Assembly: GCF_009914755.1 (NCBI RefSeq)
Contig: NC_060938.1
Length of the DNA: 64,000 nt
Reading direction: 5' to 3' (one strand)
DNA from: the human T2T-CHM13v2.0 reference genome, Homo sapiens
Below the pieces are notes generated by a model, which did no database searches, was not told the DNA's origin, and saw nothing but the letters and a program-made list of their open reading frames with translations. Both the position numbers and the translations under genes were made by a program. The first letter of the stretch is position 1. Each line of letters opens with the position of its first letter. Positions 62,335 to 64,000 of this stretch are shown here, in pieces.

Positions 62335-62640
62335 GAATTGAGTGGCTTTTAGTATAACTGTGGTCGTGCAATTTCAATTTTAATTCGCAATCCATTGTAG
62401 AACGTCTTATCACCCCCGACCAGAGAAGAACCCTGTAGACATTAGTCACTCCTCATTCTCTCTCAAACCCTCTTCCTGACCCTCAGCCCTAGGTAGCAAC
62501 TACCTAGTGCGATCAACCCCATATGCACAGATATCCATATTGTGGACATTTCCTACAAACGGAATTGCACAATAGGTGAGCTGTTATGACTGACATAACA
62601 CGTAGCACAATATTTTCAAGATTCATCCACATTGTAGGCT
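62335..62640 (-). mobile_element. Old L1 (L1M) 3'-end fragment
   Basis: 'ggacatttcctacaaacggaatt…gcacaatattttcaagattcatccacattgtag' is a typical antisense L1M 3' end. Confidence 0.6.
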
Positions 62641-62689
62641 GACCCACAGGGGGAAACCATTTTGTGGGGAGTTTTAGTGACACCGGGTG

Positions 62690-62800
62690 TTTTGTCCTTC
62701 TTTTCGTCCTTCTTTCCTTCCTTCCTTCTTTCCTTCCTTCCTTCCTTCCTACCTTCCTTCTTTCCTTCCTTCCTTCCTTCCTTCCTTCCTTCCTTCCTCC
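62690..62800. repeat. (TTCC)n simple repeat
   Basis: ccttccttccttctttccttcc… read directly. Confidence 0.95.
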
Positions 62801-63544
62801 TATTTGTCTCTTACTCCTTCTGCCCTCTCTCTTTCATATGCCTTAGGTGCATCCCACATTCTGCGTTTTTTTGGGGAAATCCTCGACAGGTGCAGGAAAA
62901 TTGTGTTATTGTAACTATTTACCGCTATCTCTCTTTCACGGCTCTCCATCAGTTGTGAACATCTATTGGTTTATCCCAAGTCACTAAGCATATTTTTATT
63001 AGGTACACCTGTTTTTCCTTATACAGCTGTTTCTGGAGTATAGGGTCGCATACTCACAAACCCAGTGTAACTCAGAAACGCATCTAATATTCCAATAAAC
63101 CCATCTTAACGTTGAAAAATCATGAATCAAACCATCATAAGTTACGGTTTGTCCGTGGATATGGGTGTCATCAATTCCATTGTATTCAGTAATGCTGTAC
63201 ACCATTAACAATGGCAGACTGATTGGGAGTGTATATTGATAGCATTATAACAGTCAGTTATTAGAGGGATACTTCTTTAACCTGACTGAAGAAGTGATCT
63301 AATGGCTTTAGTACAGTGCATGATTATGTGAGATGTTTTGAGACAGAGTAGTACATTTGTGAATGAAATTTTATGGCTTTTTTTCACTTAGTAGGAACCA
63401 TTGTGTGTGGAAAAGTGAGAAAATTGCTTTCTGCTGTAGGGTCTGGCATTCATTGTGGATTTAAGCTTATTTTTCTGTGAGCAAATCTTATTCAATAAAA
63501 TACTATTCTTTATACTAAAAAACAAAAACAGTGGTGATGTGTGG

Positions 63545-63845
63545 TCATTATCCTCAGCAAACTAGTCTAGGGAAAGAAAACCAAACGCCACATTCTCACT
63601 TAAAATGGGAGCAGAAAAATGAGATCACATGGACACTGGAAGGGGAACAACACACACTGGGGCCTTTCGGGAGGCAGAGCTTTAAGAAAAACAGCTACTG
63701 CATGCTGGGCTTAATACCTAGGTGATGGGTTGACAGGTGCAGCAAACCACCATGACCCACGTTTACCTTAGTAACAAATCTGCACATCCTGCACATATAC
63801 CCCAGAACTTAGAAACGAAACGAAACAAAAGAAAACGAAAAAGCA
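63545..63845 (+). mobile_element. L1PA 3' UTR end with (GAAAC)n-derived tail
   Basis: cattatcctcagcaaacta…gggcttaatacctaggtgatgggttgacaggtgcagcaaaccaccatg…ctgcacatcctgcacatataccccagaactta. Confidence 0.85.
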
Positions 63846-64000
63846 ATAGCAAAGCGCTAAAGGCAAAATAAAGTTTCCAACTCCGAAAGTGACAGACCAA
63901 TGTTTGGTTCAAATCATGGTTCTCAGCCCAGGCGCCATAAGGTCAGGATAAAGAATTTGATTACATATTGTAAATAAGACATGCAACAAATGACCAGAAA

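Overview
Primate (human or great-ape) heterochromatic segmental-duplication mosaic, typical of pericentromeric or acrocentric short-arm sequence; not microbial. From left to right: (1) a ~11.5-kb tandemly amplified MaLR (MST-type) LTR/internal array with a ~3.1-3.4-kb period; (2) a rearranged processed SNX18 pseudogene; (3) three 3' exons of an ANKRD18/ANKRD20A-family pseudogene; (4) a COX3-tRNAGly-ND3 NUMT abutting a SATR-type satellite block; (5) L1/Alu/LTR-rich sequence with two copies of a GTF2I/GTF2IRD2 first coding exon; (6) an interstitial (CCCTAA)n tract with TAR1 and 29-bp TERRA-promoter-type repeats; (7) a ~200-bp GC-rich tandem repeat; (8) a ~2.3-kb-arm inverted duplication of the 147-bp ACRO1-type satellite. 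The main result is that this 147-bp 'satellite' reads as an open frame of 49-aa Ser/Pro-rich repeats carrying RNA Pol II CTD-like PSYSPTTP motifs. The right-hand copy lies downstream of a GC box, a TATA box at -31 and an Inr, with a DUX4-consensus site further upstream. It would be a 945-aa ORF except for one missing G at 59978-59980. Repeat family names come from recall of consensus sequences and were not computed; boundaries are approximate unless stated.
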